A DNA stretch of 63,772 bases, the filler included, from Octopus bimaculoides (Eukaryota): the NCBI RefSeq assembly GCF_001194135.2. It is 4 parts of 4 records of this genome, joined end to end, with 100 filler letters (N's around TTAATTAATTAA, not from the genome) between each part and the next. Parts side by side here need not be neighbours in the genome. Positions count along the whole stretch, not along the records: positions 1 to 27,702 come from NC_068988.1; 3 more parts are not named here. One strand, given 5' to 3'. How positions within the stretch are numbered: the first letter of the stretch is position 1; every line of letters begins with the position of its first letter. The translations under genes and the position numbers were made by a program. The notes beneath the pieces are model-generated. The model was given only the letters and a program-made list of their open reading frames with translations. It was not told the DNA's origin and ran no database searches. Positions 1-13,228 of this stretch are shown here, piece after piece.

Positions 1-655
1 ACAAAAGGAAGTTTTGCCGAAGACATTTGCCCGAGGTGCCATGCAGTGGGACTGAAACCGGAACCATGAGGTTGGGAAGCAAGCTTCTTACATTTTAAAT
101 ATTTTAGTCTTCAATCTTCCAAGTCTAAAGAACTCGTTATTTAACCCCAAAGTAAAAGTGATCGTGCAGATTATGCTCAAAACAGTCCAAACAGAACTTT
201 CCCACCAGTTTTAGGAATTACATAAGAACATCATTTAACGTGAAAATTGATTTGGTTTGAGAGAGATTTATGTCAAGCAGATTCAGTGATAACGGCGCAG
301 CTCCATTCTTTGACTAAGTCCCCTCTCCCAGACCCAGTATTTTCCAGAGGAGGCTCGACATAGTCGTTCGACCTGCAAGAAATAGCAACTACAACACTTA
401 ATAATGTTGCCCTGGGCTCACCCGTCTCTCACCCTAAGTCTGCTCAGAGTTGAACATGGCTAAACAGCAGCCACAACTACGGCACTTCGTTTTCTTTCGT
501 TTTGCTATTAGAGAATGAATTGCTGTGAATTGAAGCAGTTTCAAATAACCTATTAGCGCCCATACTATGGCTTTGTTTTTTGCTTTTTTTCGTTCTTTCT
601 CTTGGTCCACAAGATTATTAGTATTTCACCAACAAGAAAAAACAAGTGTAGGCAT

Positions 656-957
656 ATTATTTACATGATTTACAATTGACAGATATTTGTCCTCGTCTTG
701 TTTGTTGTTAACACAACGTTTCGGCTAATATACCCTCCAGCCTTTATCAGGTGTCTTGGGGAAATTTCGAACCTGGGTTCTCATTCCTATGGTATTTTTC
801 TATGTCATTATTATTATTATTATTATTATTAATTCTGGGTCACTGCCTGGAATCGAACTCGGAATCTTTGGGTTAGTAGCCCGCGCTCTTAACCACTACG
901 CCATATGCCCGTGAAGGCTGGAGGGTATATCAGCCGAAACGTTATGCTAACAACAAA
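656..957 (-). mobile_element. Second copy of the tRNA-headed hammerhead element (core mutated) with inverted partial duplication
   Basis: Collinear with 56516-56778: A box TGGCGTAGTGG, B box GAGTTCGATTCC, (AAT)n, hammerhead 710-755 reading CTGATAA. An inverted partial ribozyme copy lies at 912-948 on plus. Confidence 0.75.
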
Positions 958-1821
958 TGAAATTTTAAGGTTTATTCTTTCTGTGCAGCCCGGTGGTTGT
1001 GAACCCTTACCCTAATAGGATAGGGGGGAAAAAAAAGTCGGCCGTATGGGGGTTTGAAATCCCATTAATAGTAGGGAACAGGGTCACCGCGGCCCGTGTT
1101 CATTGTGGGCTCGAATATCTTAAAAAAAAAGGTTCAAATTTAATCGATTTTGCAGGTCACTGAATGAGTTGACAGTTTTCAGGCATTTTTTTGTAATCAC
1201 GATGTGCTAAATTCTTTATTTCGGCTTTTGTTAGCAGTGCAAGAGAACGGAGTAGAAGTCATAAGAATATTATATATATATTATGCCTATGGACCATAGG
1301 CAAAAGTAAAAAAAAAAGGAAGTGGGGGTATCTAATAGGCGCAGACATGGTTATGTAGTAAGAAGTTTGCTTCCCAACCATATGGTTCCAGGTTCACTCC
1401 CACTGCACGGCACTTTGGCCAAATGTTTTTTAATATAGCCTCGGGCTGACCGAAACCTTACGAGTGGATCTGGTAGATTGAAACCGAAAGAATACCGTCG
1501 TATGTGTGTATGTATGTATGTTAGCCCCCGCCCCCACTGCCGCTTGACAACCGGTGTTGGTGTGTTTACGACCCCGTAACCTAACAGTTCGATAGAATAA
1601 GTGCCAAACTTTTTTTTAAAAAAGAGAGAAAAGAAATACTGAGGGTCGATTTGTTCGACCAAAAATTCCTCAAAACGGTGCCCCAGCATGGCCGCAGTCT
1701 AATGACCGAAACAAGTAATAGATAAAAAATATGAAGATATTCGGCGGCAACTTTCGCCATACTTGTATACCACAAATAGCGTAAAATAGATTAGTGTCGT
1801 TTTCAAAGACAGGACACTTCG

Positions 1822-2481
1822 GGGATCTATTTCAAAACGGGGGCACCAGTTTTCATTTGTTTTATGTAGTGTTTTTGGTACCGAAAGACTTTCAAACTTC
1901 GTATACTTATCTATTTTGTGTTATAGAACAGAAAAAAAATTTTGTATTCGAATTTATTTCATGTAAAAAAATTGTCTTATTTCGATAATTTCTACTAACC
2001 ACTGACGTCTATTCAGTTGAAAACAGTTAGCGCTGTAACGGTGTATATCGTATTAATCCCCTAACCCTAACTAGACTGTTAACCCTAACCCTAAAACTAA
2101 CCCTAACTCTAGAATCCGANNNNNNNNNNNNNNNNNNNNNNNNNNNNNNNNNNNNNNNNNNNNNNNNNNNNNNNNNNNNTATATAAACAATATATGTGTA
2201 TAAATTACGATTAAACCGGATGAAATATGTCACAGGGAATAACATTTTTATGACCGCCCAGCAGTAACTCTATTCAGCTGAATAGACGTCAGTGATTGGT
2301 TGAAATTACAGAAATACGACAACTTTAACATGGAATAACTTGCGATGTACATTTTTTTGTTAAGAAGACTAAGAGTAAAAGATGTTTTATATGACACATT
2401 CTACCAGTGTCCCAAGTTTCAAAGTGTTTCGTTAGTGTTTCGTTAAGAAAATACTGGTGCCCCCGTTTTGAAATAGATCCC
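1822..2481. mobile_element. Non-autonomous TIR element, 6-bp TSD (ACTTCG), with internal telomere-like CCCTAA repeats
   Basis: TIR gggatctatttcaaaacgggggcaccagt / actggtgcccccgttttgaaatagatccc; ACTTCG at 1816-1821 and 2482-2487; CCCTAA-like repeats at ~2058-2110. Confidence 0.85.
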
Positions 2482-3048
2482 ACTTCGGTATTGTAAAGAT
2501 AAATGAGGAAGATGTGGTGGGTACACAGGCATGAATAACCCAGTCGTGTATCACTCGGTAATAGATCTTTTTTTTTTTTTATTTCAGTCATTAGTCAGCG
2601 GTCATGCTGGGGCACCGCCTTGGAGGGTTTAGTAAAACAGATGGACCCCAGTACTCTAGTATATTTATTTATTTTTGTTTTGCGAAATCTGCCATTTATT
2701 CTGTTGGTGGTATTTTTCCGCACTCGCACTGCTAAGTTACAGGGACCGTAAACAAACCATCACCTGTCGTCAAGCGTCAAGTGTGAGGGAAAACACACAC
2801 ACACACAACGGGATCCCACAGCTCCCACTATCAAATTCCCTTCACAAGGCATTGGTCAACTAGGGGTTATTGTAGAAAACACCTGCTCAAAGTACCGCGC
2901 AGTTGGACTGAACCCGAAACCACGTGTTCGCAAAGCGATTTACTTTAACCACACAACTATGCCTGATAAAAATATTACAATATTGTCATGTACCACAATA
3001 TTCACTGAATACAAAAACACTATTTTTATTGATACGTATATTTTAAAC

Positions 3049-3323
3049 CAGGGGTTTTCAAACTTTTTGACTTGCGGACCCCTTTATATTTCAGGCTTTA
3101 CCTTAGGGACCCCCTTATAAACGGTTATGAAATTTATACATACATATTTGCTTAAAATAACATATTTTTACATTTATTTATTTAACAGTATTTAACAAAT
3201 AGGTTTATTGTCAATTAAAAGATTTCGATTAAAAACCATATATAAAATCAAATTGCCCATAAAAAGTATTTGCTGTCCACGGACCCCCTGTCTTGTCCTT
3301 GCGGACCAGTTTGAAAACCCCTG
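3049..3323. mobile_element. hAT (Charlie-like) MITE
   Basis: 16-bp TIR caggggttttcaaact / agtttgaaaacccctg and 8-bp TSD TTTTAAAC (3041-3048, 3324-3331). Confidence 0.9.
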
Positions 3324-6198
3324 TTTTAAACAACTCCATGTTTTACACACGCACACACAAAACTACTAATGTTGAATCACGTTTTTAGCAATATGGTACT
3401 TGAAAATAAAATAAATAACGACAGAGGTCTTCACTTTAATGAACTAAGGATCGACACCTAGTCAGCGCTGGACATGCAAAGTGTGAAGAAGCAGGTTTCG
3501 AAAACGAATAAGGAGTTGAGCACATGTTTAACGACTATCAACGAAAGAGCAGATATAAATAAATAACCCAGTGACTCGATTGGCTAGAAATAACAGCTAA
3601 ATCTCCCTAAAATTATACGCTATGGTCTTCAAAAACCTCACACGCACGCATACCATTAGCTAATACACTAAGTCTTATTAATAGACAGGACAGTCACGGT
3701 TGGGATACCTCTGAACGTAAGTACACTCGATTAAAGGTGAGCAAGGACAAACATGCGACGCTAGATATATTAAATAAAGAGTAATAATAAAACAAATAAA
3801 AAACAGATCTTTGATCAAAAGGTCGGTGAATGGCACACAAGAAAATGACAGTTATTTTGTTTTGATTTTGTGACTGAAATGCTTCCGTAACTAAGCTGGT
3901 ACTTGAACAACATATTGCTCCAAATATTTCTTTATGAAGTGTCCGCGCCTTTATTAATACCAATGACGTCAGGCATTGGATTGTTAATTAAGAATTGAAA
4001 TCGGGTCACGGATGATGTTAGTTGGTAATTTACTATCCAATTGAGGACGCCCATCAAAACAAAATGAAAACGTGAGAACCCGTAAGTGATCGGTTGGCTT
4101 ACGAGAAATAGCAGCCAAATCTACATCAAATCATACATTACAGTCTTAAAAGAGAAAACCATGCACGATGTAGTCCTTGATGCAAAGTCTCAGAAACGGT
4201 TTGAATTACCTTTGTTCATGGGTCTGCTCACAAAGCAAATTTGACAAGTTAAGTGAAGACATATGTGGTCTCACGACATAGTAAAAATAGCAGCCAAGTC
4301 TCCCTCAGATCACGTTATAATGTTTACAGAAAAGTGGGCAGGGACATCGGGGTCAGAATGCATAAATGAAAATTGTCCCTAAAAAATGAAAGTAAACTGA
4401 GATATAAACCGAAAGTGACGACAGTGATGTATCAAACTTTCGTGAAACACGTTTGATATTCGAGGGTGGGCTCCCTATGTGGGTCTCAGCAATTTCAATA
4501 CAAGTTGTCAACCATTCACCCAATTTTGTTTATCCAAACGATGACAGCATCCATACAGACTATAGGAGGTTAGTTGATGTTCGTCAAGAAGAAAAATAGG
4601 CATCAATGTGGGAATACTTAGAATTTATTTACATCATATCTTCATGAACATGTGTGGTGAAACAAATTTAGAGATCGTGAAAAACTATTTACGAATCTCA
4701 TTTCGTGCATCAATGACTGTTATATGCTTTCCTGTAAATGTGATTGTTTTCATCTTATATAAAACATATGTACGAATTTAATGTTATATTAAATATATTT
4801 ATATTTTTTCTAGTGGATACATTGGTACGTCACATCGTGTTTATTTGAAATTACAGGATCTTTGTCGTCACCTCCGGTGTCGATCGCATTATACTTTCAT
4901 TTTATAAGGACAATTTACTTTTACTATTTTACGACTGTAAGCTGCATTTTAACCCATATCGGATAATGCGGTTCACGATATAGAAGACATGTTCACCAAA
5001 AGAACGTCTTTGAATAATCGTTCGATCAAGGCTAACCTTCAGCTAAATAATCTGACAACTGAACGAAGTGGGAGAGGGGTTTCTACGTAACCCCTCGATC
5101 AATAAAGCAACCAAATCTCCATTTTCCACCAACCCATACACACGGTTCTAATCAGTTCAAACTACATGTCTTCCAAGTCTTCAATTTTTACGGCAGGATG
5201 CTCACAATAAAGATAGTTTGGCCTCGCCTAAAAAAATACCGGTTGCACATTGAAGCTGAAATCAATATCAGCATTTGAGAGGTGTCAAAAACAACTGCAC
5301 AATGTTCCAGCAATTACTTTAATGTTAAAATATGATTGGAAGCGAACTCAAATCTGAGAATCTTGAGCCCTTATATCATATGGTATCTATTTAAATGTAA
5401 CGAACTGTTTCGGACATTTCGGATCCATATTGCATGAGAGAATTGACCAAAATAATGCCGGTTCTTTTTAATTTTATTCATTCTCCAATGGTCGATAAAT
5501 CAGTTTAGCTGTGTGACTAGCTACAGCGACTACAGTATACTGTACAAATGACATGAGGTCTCATCAGTGGATTAAATTTCGCATCATTGACACACTGCGA
5601 ATATAAATATTTGCTGCAGGTATAATGCTAGCTTTTTCGACGTATAAATCCCACGTCAGTCCTCATATTCTATACTTATAAGCATTCCATGACGATCTCG
5701 TCATCTAAATGGATTCGTTTTATTTTAAGGCGGGAAGGTGTGATTTGAAGGAATTTGGTAATTGTTTCTAGCAAGCCGAGCTTTGATTATTACAATACTA
5801 GCTTTCATGAAGTGGTTATAATCAACGACAAACCCAAATACATTATATTTATACTGCTACGAATTTTATTTTTGTGCACTACTAACTAGATTGTCGAAGA
5901 TTGTACAAGATTCATCAATCTTAGCGCTTGATTCAGCTTCTTACCATTAGTATGTGCGTGTATTTATGTACAAACACCGAGGCAATATAGTTTATGAAAT
6001 AGGCACAAAGTCAGTGGTTTTGTGAGGAGGTGCGGGTTAGTCGATTGCATCGACCCTAGGACTTGATTGCTACTTTATTTTATCGACCCTGAAAGGATGA
6101 AAGGCAAAGTTGATATCGGCGAGATTTGAAAAGAGTAGAAATAAATGTCACTTAGCAATTTGATACTTTTTTTACAACTTATACATACGTTTAATGTA

Positions 6199-6353
6199 GT
6201 GGCGGTGTGGTAAGAAGCTTGCTTTCCAACCACATGGTTCCGGATTCAGTCCCACTGCGTGGTACCTTGAGCAAGTGTCTTCTACTCTAACCTAGGGCCG
6301 ACCAAAGAGCCTTGTGAGTGAAGTTGGAAGATGGAAACTGAAAGAAGCCCGTC

Positions 6354-6409
<56 letters not shown>

Positions 6410-6615
6410 ATTTGTGCGTCTGTTTGTCCCCCCAACATCGCTTGAAAACCGATGTTGAGGTGTTTACGTTCCCGTAAGCTAGCGGTTCGGCAAAAGAAAC
6501 TGATAGAATAAGTACTAGGCTTACAAAGAATAAGTCCTAGGGTCGATTAGTTCGAATGAAGGCGGTGCTTCAGCATGGCCACAGTCAAATGACTGAAACA
6601 CGTAAAAGAGTAGAC
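6199..6615 (+). mobile_element. Representative copy of abundant bipartite tRNA-derived SINE with central (TA)n(TG)n. Other copies near 1-90, 1337-1720, 7720-8075, 12965-13450, 43440-43738, 47230-47585(-), 50350-50715, 53045-53495(-), 62670-62905, 63570-63772
   Basis: Recurrent head ggtaagaagcttgcttcccaaccacatggttccgggttcagtcccactgcgtggcaccttgggcaagtg and recurrent tail ggcggtgctccagcatggccgcagtcaaatgactgaaacaagtaaaagag. Confidence 0.9.
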
Positions 6616-8668
6616 AGTTGTACTGATTAAAATTAGTGAGTCACTGCAAGAAGAATATAAAATTTCCCGCTAATTACAATTAAAGGTTCAAGGTGCTGTA
6701 TCCTCAGCTAAATGTTATTATCAAGCAGTTATTATTACCCGAAATAATATGATCACTAAAAGCGACACTCACTCTATACGTGCGTATGTTTACTATACAC
6801 ACACATATATATATGCACACTATCACACACGTACAAACATAAATACACGCACACTCATTCACACACACAATTAGCCAGTGAAGTTTAGTAGAGAGAGACG
6901 TTCGAAAAAGATGAATTTCAGTGTAAGCAAGCATTGACTAACAAGACTCACACAAAAGAATGACAAAGCCGAAGGAGTCTTGCTTGACACACAAGAGTTG
7001 TGGTTGACAGCGGATATGATGACGACGACGACAACGCCGCCACCACAATCTCACATAAGGTTGTTTAGCTTCAAGTTTACCATTGTGTTTTTTTGTTTTT
7101 TTTTTTACTGGACGTTGTATATCTAGGACTACATATTTCAATATAGTCCATCTGTTATAAGACAGTAAGTGTAGTTTGAAGATTTGTCTGCTCTTTCTAG
7201 CATGGAGCGCAACCGCATACGTGGAGACCGTGTCAAACAAGATTTATTCGACATCAACAAGTTGTTTAGCCCCTGGTCAGCTCTGATCGAGTCGACCTCG
7301 GAAGTATATTATTCAAAATGTTCTTTTATACAAGATAGGGAAGCCGTGTGATTTAAGGGATGAACAAGGAAGTCACGGATAGGTTCCCTCCATATGAATA
7401 ACGAAGTAACAGGTCAAAGATTTAATACGGACACATAGTCCGGGCGAGGTGGTATGAATACACATAACACAGAGATTCTAAATTTTCATGACTTTCTCAT
7501 CATTATTATTATTATTATAAAACATGGTAGAAAATAAATTTTCCACCATGTGTAATATTAAAAAAAAAAATTATAGGGGTGGGTGCAAGAGGAAGTCTTT
7601 CCCGAGTTAAAAAAAAAAGAGGTTACATCTACCCAGCCTGTTGGTTTGCTGAAAACAGTAGCCAAATGTCCTTCAAATCGCACTGTTGTCTTAAATTAAA
7701 AAGACAATGGATAAAGTACTGTGTGTGTGGTAAGTAGCTTGTTTTCCAACCACATGGTTTCGGGTTCACTCTCGTCCCACGGTGAAGCACCTTGAGCAAG
7801 TATCTTCTACTATAGCCCATCCTACTCAAGCCTTGTGAGCGGATTTGGTAGGCGGAAACTGAAAGAAGCCTATCGTATATAACTGTGTGTGTGTGTGTCT
7901 ATCACCGCTTGACAAATGGTGATGGTTTGTTTACGTCCCCGTTAACATTAGGGGTACGGCAACAGGAGACCGAAAGAATAAGTATTAGGCTTTAAAAACA
8001 AACAAGTAGTCAGGTCGATTTGTTCGACAAAACACAACAAGGCGGTACCTGACCGCAATCCAATGGCTGAAACAAGATATGTATATAGGTGTGTCAATTT
8101 GATCAGAGCTAACCTCAGACTAATCAACAACGGGTACTTTGGTTTATAGAGAGTGGACGACTAGAGATCGTTAGAGGGTCAGACAAATGCTTGTAATATT
8201 TAGTTACAGCCTTTTACGCTCTGAGTTCGAATCCCACCGATGTCAAATTGACAATCCTTCGGTATTGGTAGACGACAGCATTCACACACAACCTTCCCTC
8301 ATGACATAGATAAAGAGGCTAGGCCGAAAAAGAAAATGAATGACGTCGTTTTCCTCATACCGATACCCTAGACACCAATACCGAAGAATCGCCTCGATAA
8401 ACTATTCAAGATCGGAAACGAAAGGAAAAAAAAGTCAAAAAGGGTACAGTCGACCACGGCGAGAATCGAACTTAGATCGCAAAGAGAGGTAAATATAAAT
8501 AGTATGTCAATGAATATGATGCTCCGCCGATTCTGTCATTTATGGCATTCAAACAAGTAGTCTGATGTTCGAACTGAGAATGATAGCAGAACTGGTGAAT
8601 TTACATTTCGGGAAAAATAAAGCTTATTCGCCCTACATACACACACATATAAACAGATGCATACATAC

Positions 8669-8705
<37 letters not shown>

Positions 8706-8909
8706 CACATACATACATTAACACACACACAGACACGTGTATATATATTTATTTGTGTGTGTGTGTATATGTACACACGCACACACGATATTCCCGAATG
8801 CGACTGTAACATGGGTATCAGAACAGTAAACGGGTGACATTCTTTTACATACGAACATAACACATGCACACAAACATAGGACAATGGAGACATACACACA
8901 CACCCATTT

Positions 8910-8959
<50 letters not shown>

Positions 8960-10498
8960 CATTCGTGTGTATGCAATTTAAACGGATGTGTTTCTACACA
9001 CATACAATGAATGTGAAGTACTAAAGAGACGTTGAAAAAGAAAGAATAAACTATATGACTGCACACATACAAATATATATATATGTGCGCGCAAACATCT
9101 ATATATACATGATTACATACACGTGAGGGGAAAACGAGTAAAGAAGGGTAGCACTTGTAATCACTAAAGAAACGGAAGTTGATTATATACATACATTTAT
9201 TTAAATGTATAATATACAGAGCTGCATGTGTGCGCATATATATATATATATATATATAATAGATAGAGTGAGAGAAGATAGAGACAGCAGAAAAAAACAC
9301 GACCAGGAAGCTCTTTTCACGTTAACAAGTCTTATGGACAGCGTGTATATATACATAGAGATATACGTATGTGTCTGTTATACATACTATATAATTTTAT
9401 TCGAATTACAAAACGTGAAATAAATATCATAATCAAAGAGAAACCGTCAAAACTCTTCATTTGAATTTTTAATTAAAAAATTAAACTTCTTACGGGAGAC
9501 AACATGCCTCAACATAGATGCGTGTGTGTGTATGTTTTATAACGCGTGCAGTGTATATATGGATACGGTATATGTTTTATAACGTGTGTAGTGTGACAGG
9601 AAAATAGTTAATATATTATTCCAGGGTTTTAAAAGACAGGAAGAGAGGTAGAGAGGCTAAATGAGATAATGGTCCAACGCCTACAGCTGTCAACATCCAT
9701 GTATATGTACGTGTGTGTATATGTATATACGTATATAAAATATATATATATTCAGATATATATTACATATAGTCACAGAAAACACATGGTGAACATTTAA
9801 ATGGATTTCTAAACAGTATGTGAATGTATATTGATGGTATGTATGTAGGTGGGGAATAAATATGATAGATTTATTTCATTATAGCCAAGCTGAAATGATA
9901 GACTGAAAAGAAACTGATAGGTAGGTTACTGATAGAGAGACAAGAGGATGGACTGACGGACGAATACATACATATATAGAAGAGATAGAGAGGGATAGAT
10001 AGATACCAAATGGTAGATTGTTCGGGTATATAATTTGGTAGAATGGAAGGATGTGGTACCGAGATCGGTGTATGAATGGAAGAACAGAGGTGTGTACATA
10101 TGTATAAATAGCTAAGTAGGTAAGAATAGACCTACGTATATTGTGTGTGTGTGTGGACATGAGAGAGGGTTTGTATTAAAAACGAGGGTAGAAGAAAATA
10201 TGTAGCCAGTACATAGAATATAGAATTGGGGTGGAGGCCACGAATGGACATTCACACCTAAGATATAGATAATAACGATAAAAATATTAAAGTGATAAGA
10301 CTTCGACAGACTAGAAACTACAAAAAAAATATATGGAACAACAAACAGGAAATAATTTTAAAGAGTCATTGATGTAAGAACTGAGTCAGAAACCAGTCTT
10401 ATTTCGCTTTCTCTGTGTATACACATACATATATGTATGTATAATGTAATATGTGTTGGTCGATGTATAAAATGGTAAGAGAAGAATTTTGTACTCAC

Positions 10499-10550
10499 CT
10501 TCTCGTGCCTTTATATAGACCGTATTCGCAACAATATTTTCCAGTTCCAT
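10499..10550 (-). CDS. GRK5: First coding exon of a G protein-coupled receptor kinase, GRK4/5/6 subfamily (Gprk2-like); remaining exons not found in the window
   Basis: Minus strand reads TAA-ATG GAA CTG GAA AAT ATT GTT GCG AAT ACG GTC TAT ATA AAG GCA CGA GAA G|GTGAGT = MELENIVANTVYIKARE plus 1 nt. This matches the conserved GRK4/5/6 N-terminus (MELENIVANTVLLKAREG). There is an in-frame stop directly before the ATG and a canonical donor. The symbol indicates subfamily, not one-to-one orthology. Confidence 0.92.
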
Positions 10551-11014
10551 TTAGTATGGCAATAGACCAGTGGAGGTCCTAAAGGCCCCCCGGATTTCGC
10601 CAGACTACAACTTACTGGCTGTACGTACTGCTGGAGGGTTTCGAGCTTTACTTAGTTAGCAGTAGCAGTAGTGGTGGTGGTGGTAAGGCGGTGGCGATTG
10701 CTGCGGCTGCAACAACTACTATTACTACTGCTACTATTACTACTGTTGCTGTTGCTACTACTATTAGTTGTAATAGTAGTAGTACTAATATTATTATTAT
10801 TATTGTTGTTGTTGTTATGATTATTATTACTTATTACTACTGTCTTAGTAGAAATACTATTATTGCTACTATTTCTTCTAAGATGAGAAGAGAGAAGCTG
10901 ACATTCTCTCTCTCTCTCTCTCCCACTCACTCAGATAATCAGTTCTGTCGCTCTTTGGATGAGGGAAAGTATGAGTGAAAGATAGAGAGATGGCGGGAGA
11001 CACGTATATGCGTG

Positions 11015-11046
<32 letters not shown>

Positions 11047-11499
11047 TAGAGAGATAGATAGATATATGAAAAGAGAGAGAGAGAGAGAAAGAGAGGCGGG
11101 GGTCAGAGAAAGAGAAAGAGGAGAAAGAAGTGAGAGAAGGGGAGAGAGAGCTGGAGATAGAAAGGGATAGATTTATATATAGAAAGCGTGCTAGATGTGT
11201 CTATATAGAACATACAGATATAACAGATACACTATGAAAGAGAGAGAGAGAGGCTTGTAGGTAGATAGATAGACACTAACGTACTAACAACAACAGTACT
11301 ATACAATCGAGGACCAAACAAAATGGCTGCATTGACACACACACAGCATTACAGTAACATTATTAGTAGTAGTAGTTGTAGTAATAGTATAATAAATAAT
11401 ACTACTATTTCTGTTAGTAGTTGTGATAATTGTAGTAGTGATGGTGGTGGTAGTTCATACTTGTTTACACTTCACTACGTCTGTTCAAGTCGAAGAGCT

Positions 11500-12404
11500 T
11501 CAGTTAATGCTCGCTCTCTCTCTTTCTCTTTCTTTCTTTCTTTTTTCTTCTCTCTTTCAATCTCCCTCACTTTCTTCTTCTCTACTGCTTTCCTCTTTCT
11601 TTACCTCTCTTTTTCTCGCTCTCTCTCTCACTTTCTTCTTCCTCTCTGTCTCTCTCACACTTTCTTCTTCGTCCTCCTCTCTCTCTCACTTGATTCACAA
11701 TATTTTTCTCTTTCCTCTTCCTTTCTTCCTCTCTTTCTTCTTCCTCCCTTTCTCACTCTGTCTTCGTCTCTGTTGCTTACCTCTTTTTTCCTCTCTCTCA
11801 CTTTCTTCTTTATCACTTTCCTCTTCCCCCCCTCTATCTCTCTCTCTTTCTCTCCTCTCGCTCTCCCTCACTTTCTTCTCATCTCTCTCTCTCTCTTTCT
11901 TTTCTTCTCTCTCGCTCTTTCTTCTTTCTCTCTGTTGCTTGTCTCTTTTTCTCTCTTTCTCTTTCACTTTCTTCTTCTCTATCTCTTTTATCTTCTCTCC
12001 CCATCTCTCTCACTTTCTTCTTCCTCTGTCTCCTCTTCTCTTTCATCTCTTTCACTTCCTTCTTCCTCCCTGTCACTTTCCACTTCATTTCCTCCCCCTC
12101 TCTTTCTAATGTCTTCCTGTCTCTTTCCTCTTTTCATCCCCTCTCTCTTCCTCACTTTCTTCTTCCTCTCTGTCTTTTCCGTTTCTTTTCCTCTCGTTCT
12201 TCTTCCTCGCTGTCACTTTCTCCTTCTTTTCCCCACTCCCTCTGCCCTCTTTTTCTCTTCCTCTCTTCTCATTTTCTCTATTTTCTCAGCCAATCTCGCT
12301 CTCTCCTCTTTCCCGCGTTTTCTTTATCTCATAATATTGTTTTTCTTTCTGTCTTTCTTTCTCTCTCTCTCTCTGTCTGTCTTTCTTTCTCNNNNNNNNN
12401 NCTT

Positions 12405-12442
<38 letters not shown>

Positions 12443-12900
12443 CTCTGTCTTTTCCTCACTTCTTGCTCGTGTATCTTCCCTCTCTCTCCCTCCCTCATAT
12501 TCGCTCTCTTTCACTTTCCAGTTTCTTTTGTACTTTCTTTTTCTCCTAGCTCATTTCCTTCCTTTCTTTCGTTTTATATATATACCTTTCTCTCTCCTTC
12601 TCTGTCTCTCTCTCTAACGTCCTAGTTTCTCGTTCTTTATCTTCTATTATATTTATATTTTCTCTTTCTCTAAATCTCAATCTATCGCTTGCCCATCATC
12701 TCTCACTATCTATCTGTCTATCTAGCTATCTATCTATATTTCTATCTTTCTTTCTTCCTCTCTCACTGTCTCTCTCTTTCCCATTTTTTCTGTCATTGTC
12801 TTCCTAGCTGGCTCTATCTCTGCCTCTTTTTCTGTCTCTCTCTTTCTCTCACTCCTCTTCTATCTCTCTCTTATATCTGTGCGTGTATATGCGTGTGTGT
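11500..12900 (+). repeat. ~1.4-kb polypyrimidine/polypurine (CT-rich) low-complexity tract
   Basis: Almost exclusively C/T on plus, with recurring ctctcactttcttctt sub-units. Confidence 0.9.
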
Positions 12901-13087
12901 GTGTGTCCTGGGTTTGGCTTTAAACTACATCCAGTGGCTGGGCTCTGGTACGGGTGCAGGTGCTGACCCAAGGGGTGGGGCCCGAGGGGCACATGCCCCC
13001 ACTTGGGCAAGTGTCTTCTACTATAGCCTCGGGCCGGCCAAAGCCTTGTGAGTGGATTTGGTAGAAGGAAACTGAAAGAAGCTTGTC

Positions 13088-13159
<72 letters not shown>

Positions 13160-13194
13160 NNNNNNNNNNNNNNNNNNNNNNNNNNNNNNNNCAC

Positions 13195-13228
<34 letters not shown>

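Noticed and set aside
835-913. tRNA-like sequence as a real tRNA gene
   Set aside because: A and B boxes are present, but no convincing acceptor stem or terminator; it is the head of a repeated element.
2058-2110. CCCTAA repeats as telomere or fusion scar
   Set aside because: They are internal to a TIR element present twice in the window.
5530-5568. CTGATGAG on minus as hammerhead
   Set aside because: No GAAA after the putative stem II and no stem I/III.
11323-12441. 372-aa and 228-aa ORFs rich in S/L/F
   Set aside because: Translations of a CT low-complexity tract, which lacks stops by composition; no domain or splice structure.
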